A stretch of DNA of 49,652 bases from a virus (lineage: Duplodnaviria; Caudoviricetes): the IMG/VR virus record IMGVR_UViG_3300027956_000478, positions 1 through 49,652 of that record. One strand, 5' to 3'. Of the stretch, positions 39,162-49,499 are shown piece after piece (the stretch's first letter is position 1; the number at the start of each line of letters is the position of its first letter). The position numbers and the translations under genes are program-made. Under the pieces are notes generated by a model. That model saw nothing but the letters and a program-made list of their open reading frames with translations, did no database searches and had not been told where the DNA came from.

Positions 39162-39513
39162 GACATTACTTTTAAATAATGTCCTAGATTTAAGATTTAC
39201 ACGTAGGGTACCTGTTGAAGGTAAGCCACCTACCCGGAGAATGATTTGCACTAAATCATATGATTTATTAAATTCTACAAACGGTAAAATTGTCTTAAAC
39301 TACATCCCACCTAAACACGGTAAGCAGGTTAATGAGGCTATAACTAACACTTGTGTTGTATGGGATATATTGATGCAGAATTATAGAGTTGTTTCTGCTG
39401 ACCAGGTTGATGTTTTGAGAGAGATGCCTGCAAATAATGAATTTTGGCAGACCTTCAACAATGAAATATATCCGATGTCTACAGATCAAAAAATAAACTT
39501 TATGAACTCATGA
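39136..39513 (+). CDS. Hypothetical protein, possibly WYL/SH3-like
   Basis: LRFTRR...RRMICT...VVWDI...YRVV. Confidence 0.6.
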   Translation: MIVSQQTLETLLLNNVLDLRFTRRVPVEGKPPTRRMICTKSYDLLNSTNGKIVLNYIPPKHGKQVNEAITNTCVVWDILMQNYRVVSADQVDVLREMPANNEFWQTFNNEIYPMSTDQKINFMNS

Positions 39514-39854
39514 CACTAGAAATTTATAATAAAATATTGCAAAACTTTCTTCAATCAAAAGTTATAATTAAATGCGATAATAAAGTGTTAAAAACAGGTA
39601 AATTGACGTTGTTTAATGTTAAACAGTATTTTATTAAATTTTATATTGAAACTGATAAAAAAGAAAATAAAGTTTTGGAGCTACCTTACCCCTTTCTAAT
39701 TGACTATGCCGGTGAAGGTATTTGTACGTTAAATTATAAAGTAAGTTCATTATGTAACAATACTCAACCGGTAATAGGTAGACTTAAAACGTGTAAGACA
39801 AATGCGTCACATAAAATTTACGATAATGTCGTTAGTATTATCCCATTGAATTAG
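39510..39854 (+). CDS. Hypothetical protein
   Basis: 114 aa ORF coupled by an ATGA overlap. Confidence 0.65.
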   Translation: MTLEIYNKILQNFLQSKVIIKCDNKVLKTGKLTLFNVKQYFIKFYIETDKKENKVLELPYPFLIDYAGEGICTLNYKVSSLCNNTQPVIGRLKTCKTNASHKIYDNVVSIIPLN

Positions 39855-39881
39855 AAGGGAACTAGCATATAATCATTATAT

Positions 39882-41519
39882 ATGCTAAATGGTTTATTAC
39901 AAAAATTTCCGGAACCGTTTACTCCGAATAAGTCTCAAGTTAAACTAATTAAAAATATTGAGCAAGCGTTTGAGGAAGGTTATAAATTTGTAGTTTGTAG
40001 TGCGCCTACAGGTTCAGGTAAGTCATTTATTTCAAAAACATTAGGTAATGATTCCAAAGAACCTTCTGTAGATTATGTTGATCTCGTAGAATCATATCAA
40101 ATATATAAGCAGAATAATTTGGGTGGTTATCAAAACGAAGCAGAAGATGAAAAGCCTTTTGGAGCCTTTGCTCTGACTATTACTAAAGCTCTGCAAGATC
40201 AGTACAAGGAATTATTTGATGATGTAGATGTCCTTAAGGGTAAATCAAACTATCAATGTAGCTACGATGAGAACTTTACTGTAGAAAATGCTCCGTGTGT
40301 TCATATTAAAAGTCTAAAAGAAGATTGTTGGAAAAAGAATAGCTGCCCGTATTACAACGCAAGAAATAAAGCTCTTGTATCTAGGTTCGCGACTCTAAAC
40401 TATAATATGTTTTTTGCTCTACCGTCACATGTAAAGCGTAAGCAATACCTTATTTGTGATGAGGCTTCAGAACTAGAAGATCAACTTGTAAAGGAATTCT
40501 CATGTCAAGTTAATTTTGATTTTCTAAAGAAGTCGATGGTTATTATTAGACCGTTTCCAAGTAATACAGATTACGGTAAAGTAGGTAAATGGGTTAACAC
40601 CTTATGTCAAGATATTGAAGAGCGTGTTGAAGAGTTACGTGATGAAATTACAAACAATAGCGGTAAGCAAACCCCCTTAGCTCTTAATGAGCGTAAGAAT
40701 GAGGTTATCTTACTTCTGAATATTCATAGTAAACTTCGAGCTATTGTAGATACATGGCATGATAGTGAGTATCTTTTTGAACGCGTAGCTAAAGGAATTA
40801 ACTTTATGCCGCTTAAGGTTGACAAATTATCCAGATATCTATTTGAGTATGCTGATAAAGTAGTTCTTATGTCAGCAACAATTATTGACCCTGCTAATTT
40901 TTGTAAAACTCTCGGTATTGATAAGTTTAAATATATTGAAGCAGAGTCTACTTTTGATCCGAAGAAAGCTCCGATCTACGCTAATACAAAAATTAAATTA
41001 AACTATAATAACATGTTAGCAAATTTACCTAAGATTGCTGATCAAGTTAAACAAATTTGCGATCATCACGCTAACGATAAAGGTCTCATACATACACAGA
41101 CAAATACTATTACGAAGTATTTACAAGATAATGTTAAATGTTCGAGGATACTATTTAGAGAACCTGGCGTGCGTAATGAAGAAATTTTAGATAAACATTT
41201 TAGTTCTGATAAACCTACTATCATGGCATCACCTTCCATGTCGCATGGAGTAGATCTAAAAGATGACTTAGCACGCTTTCAGATTATTATTAAAGCGCCT
41301 TATCTACCTACTAACGATAAACGAGTAGAGAGAATGATGAAATTAGATTTTAATTGGTATACAAATAAAATGCTTAGTTCATTAATACAGGCCTGTGGTC
41401 GTGGTGTGAGATCTAATAAAGATCATTGTGTAACATATATTCTTGACGCAGCTATTGTAGAAAATATCGTTAAGTATAAACATAAGATACCGAAATATTT
41501 TCTAGATAGATTTGTGTAG
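39882..41519 (+). CDS. DinG/XPD-family helicase with a probable Fe-S cluster
   Basis: APTGSGKS, LQDQY, KGKSNYQC with four Cys, DEA, MSAT, GVDL, QACGRGVR; TTGAAT-N16-TATAAT promoter. Confidence 0.88.
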   Translation: MLNGLLQKFPEPFTPNKSQVKLIKNIEQAFEEGYKFVVCSAPTGSGKSFISKTLGNDSKEPSVDYVDLVESYQIYKQNNLGGYQNEAEDEKPFGAFALTITKALQDQYKELFDDVDVLKGKSNYQCSYDENFTVENAPCVHIKSLKEDCWKKNSCPYYNARNKALVSRFATLNYNMFFALPSHVKRKQYLICDEASELEDQLVKEFSCQVNFDFLKKSMVIIRPFPSNTDYGKVGKWVNTLCQDIEERVEELRDEITNNSGKQTPLALNERKNEVILLLNIHSKLRAIVDTWHDSEYLFERVAKGINFMPLKVDKLSRYLFEYADKVVLMSATIIDPANFCKTLGIDKFKYIEAESTFDPKKAPIYANTKIKLNYNNMLANLPKIADQVKQICDHHANDKGLIHTQTNTITKYLQDNVKCSRILFREPGVRNEEILDKHFSSDKPTIMASPSMSHGVDLKDDLARFQIIIKAPYLPTNDKRVERMMKLDFNWYTNKMLSSLIQACGRGVRSNKDHCVTYILDAAIVENIVKYKHKIPKYFLDRFV

Positions 41520-41533
41520 ACTAAATATACTTA

Positions 41534-44413
41534 GTGAAGTCTCAGAGTTATAATTTTGAAATAAAAGATCTATTGACACAATTTTTATGTGCTTTTGATG
41601 ATGTAGTAATTAAGAGGTATGATAAAGATAGAAATGCATTAGAGAATATAGAAGTTCGCTATGTATTAGCACCTAAACAACGTGTAATGTATGATATCGT
41701 TAATAAAGCGCAAAACTTAACATTACCCGTTGTAGCTGTAAACGTTACAGGTATATCACGAGATACCACTAGAGTTTTTAACAAACTTGATAGTGTCTAT
41801 AACCCTAGAGGTGAGGCAAATAATAGCACTATAATGATGCCTGTACCAATTAATATTGAAGTTAGTATGTCAATATTAGCAAGATATATGCAGGATATGG
41901 ATCAAATACTATCAAATTTTATACCATATAATAATCCATATATTATACTTTCGTGGAAGGAGCCAGCAACTACAGCATTTGACCCTGTTGAAATTCGTTC
42001 TGAAGTATTATGGGGTGGTTCAATAAGTCTTACAGAGCCAACTGATACTACATACTCGGATAAGTTTAGAATAATAGCTGATACTTCATTCACTATTAAA
42101 GGTTGGTTATTTAAAAATCAAAACGAGATATCTAAGCAGATTTACTTTATTGATAATAACTTTAGAACAGCAGGTAAAAATTTAATATTAACAGACGATA
42201 ATTACAACTCTATCGTTACTTCTCTATGTAATTATACTGAGACGGAAACTATTAGTATTTCTGCTATACCAACAATAACAAATATATTCTATAACATATC
42301 AGGCAATCTAAATGAGATAAGAAATAATTTCTCGTTAAATCAACAAATTACTAGTAACAATAACTTTATGTTTTATGGTACTAATTATGATAAGGTTACA
42401 ACTATATTGTTAAGTTCAAATAACACTATTACAGGTACCGTAAGTACTATTAACCCACCGTATACAGATACTGTGACAGGTACTGTCTTAGATCCGATAT
42501 ATTATAATATTGTAAATGATAATATTATAACAATAAATCTACCTTATTTACAAGACCCCGGTAATTTTAATTTTATTATTTGTAACCCTGTCGGTTGTAC
42601 AAACTCTATACTAGTAAATAATTTCACCTTTACTATTCCTGATATAACTCAAATCTGTGTTGATATTAATGATTCACGAATCAATCAAGGAGGAGGTTCT
42701 AGATTCATTACATTTTTTGGGAGCTTAACAGCGGGTGGATTTTATAGAAATATAATAGAACCTACAGGTGATCCATTTTGTGTTGTGATACTAAATGCTA
42801 GTATAATTTGGAATAATGTAGATAACGAATGGGTATTTACATACGCTTCTTCACCTTCTATATCTAGCACAGGATCATCCAATCGATACAACCCTATAGG
42901 CGCATCTTTCCAGGTTAATGAAGGAAACTATTCAGTTAGTGCTGACGTAATTGGATATGGGTATTGTGTAGGACCTGATAGCGACACCTGTGTATTTGAA
43001 TGGAATACAGATACCTATTACGGCACTCTCAGTGGAAACCCATGGTCTACATCTATTAATGGTAGTCGAATTAGATTTAACGTTGAAGATAGTATAAATT
43101 GTGGTGGTAATAATAATTTAACACAAGGCGGAACTGCAACATCAACTATAACTACAGGGGCTTCAGCTATATCTCTTGTAGTTAATATTAGCGGAATTGC
43201 TGAAGAACAAGCTCCTATGTTTGAGAATCTTACCCTTTATCTTAATAATAATATTATGGCAACAGGTACATCACCAGGAACTATTGGAGGTGGAACATGT
43301 GATATGGGATCTGCAGTAATTACATATAACATCGCACCTCCGTATATTTTACCGCCATTTAGTGTTAATACAATTCGACTTGAAATGGATACAGTAGATA
43401 GTCGATATCATGTTGGTGCATATTACCAAGCTGACTTTGCTTGCGCAACACTATCATCAGTACCTATTGAACAGACACAACTTTGTATTACACTTACTCA
43501 TTTAAGCACAGAACAGATAACGCTTTTAGGAAGCTTATCAGCAGGTAATTTTACCGGGTATACGTCTGAGTTTGGATACGAGGTTGGTATAGATTGGAGA
43601 AATATTAGTGCTGGTGTGTGGGAGTGGGTAATGACTTACGATACAGGTGTAACTATACTATCTTCCACTTCTAGTACAGGAGCTACAAGTCGATATAATC
43701 CTATCAGTGCAGCCTTCCAGATTGATAATGGTGTTGTTTCAGTAAGCTCTATTGTAAATTCTTTTAGTTCTTGCTCTGCAGTGTCGTTATCAGCGGATCA
43801 AACAATATTATGTGCTAACATACTTACTTATGACGGTATAAATTCTACAGATAGATACTATACGCTTTCCGGTAGTCTTAGTGCTGGTTATTTCTCTTGC
43901 CAAGTAACAGGTACAGGACCTCTATCAGATGGTACTGTTGTACTAGAGTGGAGCGGTACAGAGTGGGTAGGAACAAATACTGCTAGCCCAACAGACTATA
44001 CATCTGGCGATACCTCTAACAGAGATGATCCGTCAAATATAATTTTTGCTAAAACTGCAAGTGGAGGACCCGAACCGTGGTATGTTGTTATAGGGGGTTT
44101 CGGGTTGTGTTGCGGAGATGAACAAACATCAGTAGTTGTTAATCTCGATTATTGGGATGGTGCAGATCAAAATGTAGATTTAACTCTTACAGGTAGCTTA
44201 TTTGAAGGTAGCTTTACAGATGGTACTTACACGCTTGAATGGGACTTGTATGGACCTGCAAATGGTTGGACTATAACAGCAAATAATGGAGTTATAGTTG
44301 ATACCTGGCTTGATAATACCAGTCATTGTTTACCAATCAGTGCAGTAATCTCGCAGTCTGATACCGGAGGCCCACCACCAACTATATTCACCGTATTAGG
44401 CTGGGGATCCTAA
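41534..44413 (+). CDS. gp15: gp15-like tail sheath stabilizer with a ~590 aa C-terminal repeat extension
   Basis: N-terminal VRYVLAPKQR, MPVPINI, DMDQILSNFIPY, FTIKGWLF; TAAATA at 41522-41527; GTG start. Confidence 0.75.
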   Translation: MKSQSYNFEIKDLLTQFLCAFDDVVIKRYDKDRNALENIEVRYVLAPKQRVMYDIVNKAQNLTLPVVAVNVTGISRDTTRVFNKLDSVYNPRGEANNSTIMMPVPINIEVSMSILARYMQDMDQILSNFIPYNNPYIILSWKEPATTAFDPVEIRSEVLWGGSISLTEPTDTTYSDKFRIIADTSFTIKGWLFKNQNEISKQIYFIDNNFRTAGKNLILTDDNYNSIVTSLCNYTETETISISAIPTITNIFYNISGNLNEIRNNFSLNQQITSNNNFMFYGTNYDKVTTILLSSNNTITGTVSTINPPYTDTVTGTVLDPIYYNIVNDNIITINLPYLQDPGNFNFIICNPVGCTNSILVNNFTFTIPDITQICVDINDSRINQGGGSRFITFFGSLTAGGFYRNIIEPTGDPFCVVILNASIIWNNVDNEWVFTYASSPSISSTGSSNRYNPIGASFQVNEGNYSVSADVIGYGYCVGPDSDTCVFEWNTDTYYGTLSGNPWSTSINGSRIRFNVEDSINCGGNNNLTQGGTATSTITTGASAISLVVNISGIAEEQAPMFENLTLYLNNNIMATGTSPGTIGGGTCDMGSAVITYNIAPPYILPPFSVNTIRLEMDTVDSRYHVGAYYQADFACATLSSVPIEQTQLCITLTHLSTEQITLLGSLSAGNFTGYTSEFGYEVGIDWRNISAGVWEWVMTYDTGVTILSSTSSTGATSRYNPISAAFQIDNGVVSVSSIVNSFSSCSAVSLSADQTILCANILTYDGINSTDRYYTLSGSLSAGYFSCQVTGTGPLSDGTVVLEWSGTEWVGTNTASPTDYTSGDTSNRDDPSNIIFAKTASGGPEPWYVVIGGFGLCCGDEQTSVVVNLDYWDGADQNVDLTLTGSLFEGSFTDGTYTLEWDLYGPANGWTITANNGVIVDTWLDNTSHCLPISAVISQSDTGGPPPTIFTVLGWGS
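42647..44410 (+). repeat. Four diverged ~100 aa protein modules in the gp15 extension
   Basis: Recurring GSL(T/S)AG.F, W...W, (S/N)RYNPI.A.FQ and Cys pattern at about 42647, 43475, 43799 and 44123. Confidence 0.75.
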
Positions 44414-44511
44414 CTAGATAAGATTATTAAGTAATAATAATTTTCTTACTGGTAACCTATAGCATAACAAATAACTTTACTTTTGGTAACTAGTGAATAA
44501 ATATGATGTAG

Positions 44512-46326
44512 ATGGCTGGCGATACAACTTCAAATCAGAATAAAAACTATACAGGTAACGACGGTAGATCGTCTACATTCGGTAGAAACTTAGCAGCTTT
44601 CATACAGAATAAACTACCCTACGCGAATATTATCGATACTGAGAATAATCAACTGAATCCTAAATATAAGGTTTTCGCCGATGCAGGTCTACGTAGAACA
44701 GAAGCATTAGCTAAAAACTCTGTTTCTATATCGAATGAATATAACAATCTACCGATTGGTTCAATAGGTAAAGACTCTTCCTTCGGTCAAGTAATGTATG
44801 CTAATATTCAAGAGAATAAAGGCGCAAGATTACGTGACTATAGAATCATGGCTGCCTATTCAGATGTAGCTGATGCTCTAGACGAATTGTGTGATGAGGC
44901 TATTAACACCGATGAAAACGGTTGTGAACTAACACTTAAGTTAAGACATGTAGAGATGTCATCGAAGGATAAGACTAATCTCGATGAAGAGTTTAATAAA
45001 TTTGCAGAATACTTTGACTTTAAAAATAAAGGTTGGCAATACTTTCGTCAATTATTAGTCGAAGGAGAGTTATTCTTCGAGCTTATTATTCATAAAGATT
45101 ATATACAAGAAGGTGTTCTTGGTGCTATTAATCTACCAACTGAATTAATTGACCCTGTATATAATAATATTCAGAATATGATGGTAAGAGGTTTCATATA
45201 CCGTAAACCTATTTTTGATCCTAAGAACCCCGAGAAGCAAGAAAAAGTAGAGCATATTCCTCTTGATCAAAATCAAGTTATATATGTTAACTCTGGTGTA
45301 ATGAGTGAATCAAAAACAATGATTCTACCTTTCCTTGAAAATGCAAGACGCGCTTATAGACAGCTTTCACTTATTGAAGATGCGATTGTTATATACAGAC
45401 TAGTTAGAGCACCAGAGCGCCTTGTATTCAATGTTGATGTAGGTACTATGCCTGCACCTAAGGCAGAAGCTTACCTCAAAAAGCTTATTGCTAACTACTG
45501 GTCAAGTAAGACCTTTGATGTTGATCAGGGTGATGTAGTAAAGAAATTTAACCCACAATCAATGCTAGATGCGTTTTGGTTTCCAAAAAGAGCTGGTTCA
45601 GAAGGTTCAAGCGTAAGTCAGCTTGCCGGTGGTCAAAACTTAGGTGAGTTAACTGACCTAATGTACTTTGTTAAGAAACTTTATCGTTCACTTAAAGTAC
45701 CAACTTCAAGACTAGACCCAGCAGATGCATTTAGAGATGGTGCTGAAATCTTAAGAGAAGAACTTAAGATGGCAAGGTTTATCATCAGACAGCAGCAACG
45801 TTTTGCAGCTGGTATCAAGCGCGGTTTTATTACTCACTTACAGCTTAAGGGTATTTGGGAGAAACTCGACCTAGATAATAGTAACATTAGCGTAGAGTTT
45901 AATGTCCCTACTAACTTCTATGAAATGCGTGAAAATCAAAGACTCGAGCAACGAGCTTCTAATTATTCAAGTATAGCGAGTAATGAGTTTGTTTCTAAGA
46001 CATATGCACAGAAAAAATACTTGCAGTGGAAAGATAAAGATATTCTTGCTAATAGAGAGTTCTTACGTAAAGATGCTGAACTTCAGTGGGAATTACAACA
46101 GATTACAACCCTTGGACCTGCTTGGAGAGAGCAAATAATTGCTGCAGATGTAGCAGGTCCTGAAGCTGGTGGTATGGGACCTGAAGCTGGTGGTATGGGC
46201 GGCGGTATGGGTGGTGTTCCACCAGCTTTCGGTGGTGGTGAAGCTGCAGTAGGCGCTGCTCCTCCAGGTGGTGAAGCTCCACCAGCAGAAGGAGCTCCTC
46301 CGGAAACACCTCCTCCAGCGGCATAA
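44512..46326 (+). CDS. gp20: gp20 portal protein
   Basis: IEDAIVIYRLVRAPERLVFNVDVG.MP..KAE.YL, DAFWFPKR, LKVPTSRL, ILREELK. Confidence 0.95.
   Translation: MAGDTTSNQNKNYTGNDGRSSTFGRNLAAFIQNKLPYANIIDTENNQLNPKYKVFADAGLRRTEALAKNSVSISNEYNNLPIGSIGKDSSFGQVMYANIQENKGARLRDYRIMAAYSDVADALDELCDEAINTDENGCELTLKLRHVEMSSKDKTNLDEEFNKFAEYFDFKNKGWQYFRQLLVEGELFFELIIHKDYIQEGVLGAINLPTELIDPVYNNIQNMMVRGFIYRKPIFDPKNPEKQEKVEHIPLDQNQVIYVNSGVMSESKTMILPFLENARRAYRQLSLIEDAIVIYRLVRAPERLVFNVDVGTMPAPKAEAYLKKLIANYWSSKTFDVDQGDVVKKFNPQSMLDAFWFPKRAGSEGSSVSQLAGGQNLGELTDLMYFVKKLYRSLKVPTSRLDPADAFRDGAEILREELKMARFIIRQQQRFAAGIKRGFITHLQLKGIWEKLDLDNSNISVEFNVPTNFYEMRENQRLEQRASNYSSIASNEFVSKTYAQKKYLQWKDKDILANREFLRKDAELQWELQQITTLGPAWREQIIAADVAGPEAGGMGPEAGGMGGGMGGVPPAFGGGEAAVGAAPPGGEAPPAEGAPPETPPPAA
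46156..46197 (+). repeat. Two 21-nt tandem repeats (GPEAGGM) in the Gly/Pro/Ala tail of the portal
   Basis: GG(T/A)CCTGAAGCTGGTGGTATG twice. Confidence 0.85.
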
Positions 46327-46341
46327 TAGATAAATAATTAT

Positions 46342-47487
46342 ATGTCACTCGCCTGTGAAGTATTACCCGTATCTGCATTTCAGTCTACTAATTTAAATAG
46401 TCAAATAGAGACATTTTCTAATTTAGGAGATAGAATAAAGCGAGCTCTTGGTTACCCGCTCATTACACTTGAGATACATCAAGATCAGCTATTTCAAAAT
46501 ATACAGATTGCTGCAGAATACTTTTCAAAATTCGCAGGCTTTACACAAGAATATTTAATTTTTGATTCAAGTGTATATGAAAAAAACAGAGGTATACGAC
46601 TTGATCATTTATTTACTTTATCTAAAGCTGGTCTTACTGATGAACAGAAGATAGCTAATAAACCTTCACGTCCAGGTGTCGATTTTACAGTTGAGTTACC
46701 AAATACAGTGTATGTAGCTACATCTGCTGTTAATTCTTCTTTCTTTTCAAGCTCTTCAGCTCTATCCAGTCTATTTGTGAGTGGCTTACCTCTTTTTGAA
46801 ATTGTAGATAAATCGCTATATAGAACCCTAACATCTTTTAATTTTAGTTTAACAAGCATCTTTAAAGAATCTGTTCAGAAGTCCGTATCCTTACAATCTC
46901 AAGAAGCTTCACCTACACAATATTCTAATGTTTTTGATTACGATGTAATGGATTATCGTAAGGTGGTTTCAGTTGTAGATTTTGAAGAGGGTTCAAACCA
47001 AGGGATTAACTCTTTGTTTACCTTAGAGCAAACTCTAGCACAACAAACATACTTTAGTTATGCATTAGGTAATTACGGTTTCGATCTTGTATCTTGGTAT
47101 ACAACTAAAGAGTGGATGGAGACTCGTGAAAAACTATTAGCGACAAAACGCGATCTTAAGTTTGACTCACGAACACAATACTTAGAAATATATCCTCAAC
47201 CAGGTTCGAGTAGATTCTATGGTGTTATATCGTGTTGGTTAGAGCGTCCATTACGTGACTTAATTAAAGAGCAGTGGGTATATGAATATGCATTAGCATT
47301 GACAATGATTACTATAGGTAGAGTACGTAGTAAATTTACAGGTGTTAACTTGCTCGGCGGTGGTAGCTTAAATTACGACTTACTTGCAGAGGGTACATCT
47401 AAGAAGAAAGAGCTTGAAGATATGCTTACAACTGGTGCTGCAGCTGGTTACGGAGACGCTGATCCTTGTATGTTCTTTTTGGGTTAG
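46342..47487 (+). CDS. gp13: gp13-like neck protein
   Basis: IKRALGYPLITLEI..DQ, WVYEYALAL...G..RSKFTGVNLLGGGSLN, PCMFFLG. Confidence 0.85.
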   Translation: MSLACEVLPVSAFQSTNLNSQIETFSNLGDRIKRALGYPLITLEIHQDQLFQNIQIAAEYFSKFAGFTQEYLIFDSSVYEKNRGIRLDHLFTLSKAGLTDEQKIANKPSRPGVDFTVELPNTVYVATSAVNSSFFSSSSALSSLFVSGLPLFEIVDKSLYRTLTSFNFSLTSIFKESVQKSVSLQSQEASPTQYSNVFDYDVMDYRKVVSVVDFEEGSNQGINSLFTLEQTLAQQTYFSYALGNYGFDLVSWYTTKEWMETREKLLATKRDLKFDSRTQYLEIYPQPGSSRFYGVISCWLERPLRDLIKEQWVYEYALALTMITIGRVRSKFTGVNLLGGGSLNYDLLAEGTSKKKELEDMLTTGAAAGYGDADPCMFFLG

Positions 47488-47537
47488 TATTTATTCAAAA
47501 TAATGAGGATTACTGTCACCTTACCATAAATAAATAT

Positions 47538-48365
47538 ATGGATAAGAAGTATTTTATTTTACTAAAACAACATATGAAAACAGGATTAAAATATCTTTGC
47601 TTTCATCACGGTACAAAGGATAATTGTTTTAAATATACAGGCTCTGGTACATATTGGAAAAAACATATTACTAAGCACGGGACAGATTTAATTAGCACCA
47701 TTATATTGTTTGAATCAACAACAAAAGATGAAATACGTGATCAGGGGCTAAAATATTCAGATCTTTGGGATGTTGTTAATTCAAAAGATTTTGCTAATCT
47801 TGTACGGGAGGATGGATCTGGAGGGCACGAAGCAATGCATACACCTGAAGTACGTGAAAGAGCAGCTAATACACTTAGAACGAGGCTAATCGCAGGTAAT
47901 AGAACTAAAAAGGAGCGACAAAAGGGTATAAATCAAAGTATACGTATTAAAGAATACGGATTTACAGAAGCAGAGCTTAAAGCTCAAAAAGAAACAAGTA
48001 TACGTCAGTTAGGCAAGACAATGAAAGAACGTCTTAATGATCCTAACTATATTGACTCACGTAAAGGTAAATCAGCAAAAGAAATATTTGGAGAAACATA
48101 TAAAGGACCGTGGAATAAGGGAAAGACAGTAAATGAATTAAAAGGACGAGACTATATAGATCCAAGATGCAAACCCTTTATAATTACTTCACACTTAGGT
48201 ACGTATAAATATAATAACGAACGAGAATTTTTATCTACGACTAAGATTTCACCGGTAATACTAACAAAATTAAAACGTAACGGTAAATATGTAGTGAAGC
48301 GTCAATCTAATACCTTACATATATTTAGACACGGTGAAACAATATATTATAACGAATTAAAATGA
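47538..48365 (+). CDS. Seg-like GIY-YIG homing endonuclease
   Basis: KQHMKTGLKYL...YTGSGTYWKKHI.KHG...FANLVREDGSGG; ATG at 47538 lies 5 nt after TAAATA. Confidence 0.75.
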   Translation: MDKKYFILLKQHMKTGLKYLCFHHGTKDNCFKYTGSGTYWKKHITKHGTDLISTIILFESTTKDEIRDQGLKYSDLWDVVNSKDFANLVREDGSGGHEAMHTPEVRERAANTLRTRLIAGNRTKKERQKGINQSIRIKEYGFTEAELKAQKETSIRQLGKTMKERLNDPNYIDSRKGKSAKEIFGETYKGPWNKGKTVNELKGRDYIDPRCKPFIITSHLGTYKYNNEREFLSTTKISPVILTKLKRNGKYVVKRQSNTLHIFRHGETIYYNELK

Positions 48366-48793
48366 GTTCTAATTACAGACAAGGTAAGTTTACACCTATT
48401 AATAAAGATAAATTTATTGGTGCATACGCAAACTATAGATCTGGACTTGAGCTTAAATTTATGAGATTTTGTGATAATAACCCTAATGTAATTAAATGGG
48501 GTTCAGAAAATGTGGTTATACCGTATATAAGTCCATTAGATGGTAGGGTACACAGATATTATGTAGATAACTTTGTTATAATAAAAGAAGGTAATCTAAT
48601 TAAAAATTATTTAATAGAAATTAAGCCTTCTAAACAAACACAACCACCTAAAACTAAGTATAAAAATAAGGCTCATCTAATATATGAACAATCAACATGG
48701 GTTGTAAATTCTGCTAAATGGGCAGCTGCTCGTGAATTATGTAAGAAAAGAGGGTTTGAGTTCTTAATTCTTACAGAAAAGGACCTTAATTAA
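48362..48793 (+). CDS. gp4: gp4 head completion nuclease
   Basis: YRSGLELKFM, WGSE...IPY.SP.DG.VHRYYVD, IEIKP, N.AKW.AA, ILTE. Confidence 0.92.
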   Translation: MSSNYRQGKFTPINKDKFIGAYANYRSGLELKFMRFCDNNPNVIKWGSENVVIPYISPLDGRVHRYYVDNFVIIKEGNLIKNYLIEIKPSKQTQPPKTKYKNKAHLIYEQSTWVVNSAKWAAARELCKKRGFEFLILTEKDLN

Positions 48794-48825
48794 TAGATTT
48801 TTATACATTTAACATAAATATAATT

Positions 48826-49491
48826 ATGGCATTGAAGCTTAACCTATTAGTAGAAAAACCAGCGTTAGACGATCAGTTTGAATACGTCGTCGAAGAGAGT
48901 AACAGAAACGCTCCATCAACGTTATTCATTAAAGGTCCGTATATGATGGCGGAGGGTGTTAATAAGAATAAACGCTTATACCCTATTGATGAACTAAGAC
49001 AGGAAGTTAAGCGTTACAATGAAGAAATGATTGTACCAGGGAGAGCTATGGGAGAGCTTAATCATCCAACGACTGCTGATGTTGACCTCGAACGTGCTTG
49101 CCATATTGTTACAGAGATGTATGAAGATAATAATGTCTTCTACGGTAAATCAAAAGTTCTTTCTACACCATGTGGATTAATAGTAAAATCCCTTATTAAC
49201 GACGGTGTTAAGGTAGGTATGTCTTCAAGAGCTCTCGGAACACTTGAAGAAGGCTCTACACATAATACTGTAAGAAATCTTAAACTTGTTGCTGTTGACT
49301 GTGTCGCTGATCCATCATTTCCTAAAGCTTTTGTTAATGGTATACTTGAATCCAAACAATGGGTAGTTGCTGTTAATGGTAAGTATGAAGAAGTTTATGA
49401 AAACTTTGAAAAATCAATCGCTAACTTACCTCGTAGAGATGCAGAATTTTTCTTAAGAGAACAAATCTTAAAATTCATACAATCTATATAA
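48826..49491 (+). CDS. gp21: gp21 prohead protease
   Basis: NKNKRLYP, GELNHP, STPCG, GMSSRALG, DCVADPSFPKAFVNGILE. Confidence 0.95.
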   Translation: MALKLNLLVEKPALDDQFEYVVEESNRNAPSTLFIKGPYMMAEGVNKNKRLYPIDELRQEVKRYNEEMIVPGRAMGELNHPTTADVDLERACHIVTEMYEDNNVFYGKSKVLSTPCGLIVKSLINDGVKVGMSSRALGTLEEGSTHNTVRNLKLVAVDCVADPSFPKAFVNGILESKQWVVAVNGKYEEVYENFEKSIANLPRRDAEFFLREQILKFIQSI

Positions 49492-49499
49492 ATAATAAT

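Noticed and set aside
46140-46326. GC-rich end of the portal gene as foreign DNA or a structured RNA
   Set aside because: Explained by Gly/Pro/Ala codons of a disordered tail, which is common in T4-like portals.
2598-49355. Short antisense or nested ORFs in the track (e.g. 2598-2903, 4171-4407, 6392-6673, 16038-16391, 22096-22359, 25047-25394, 46103-46378, 49140-49355)
   Set aside because: Shadow frames over well-supported genes, with no motifs or promoter signals.
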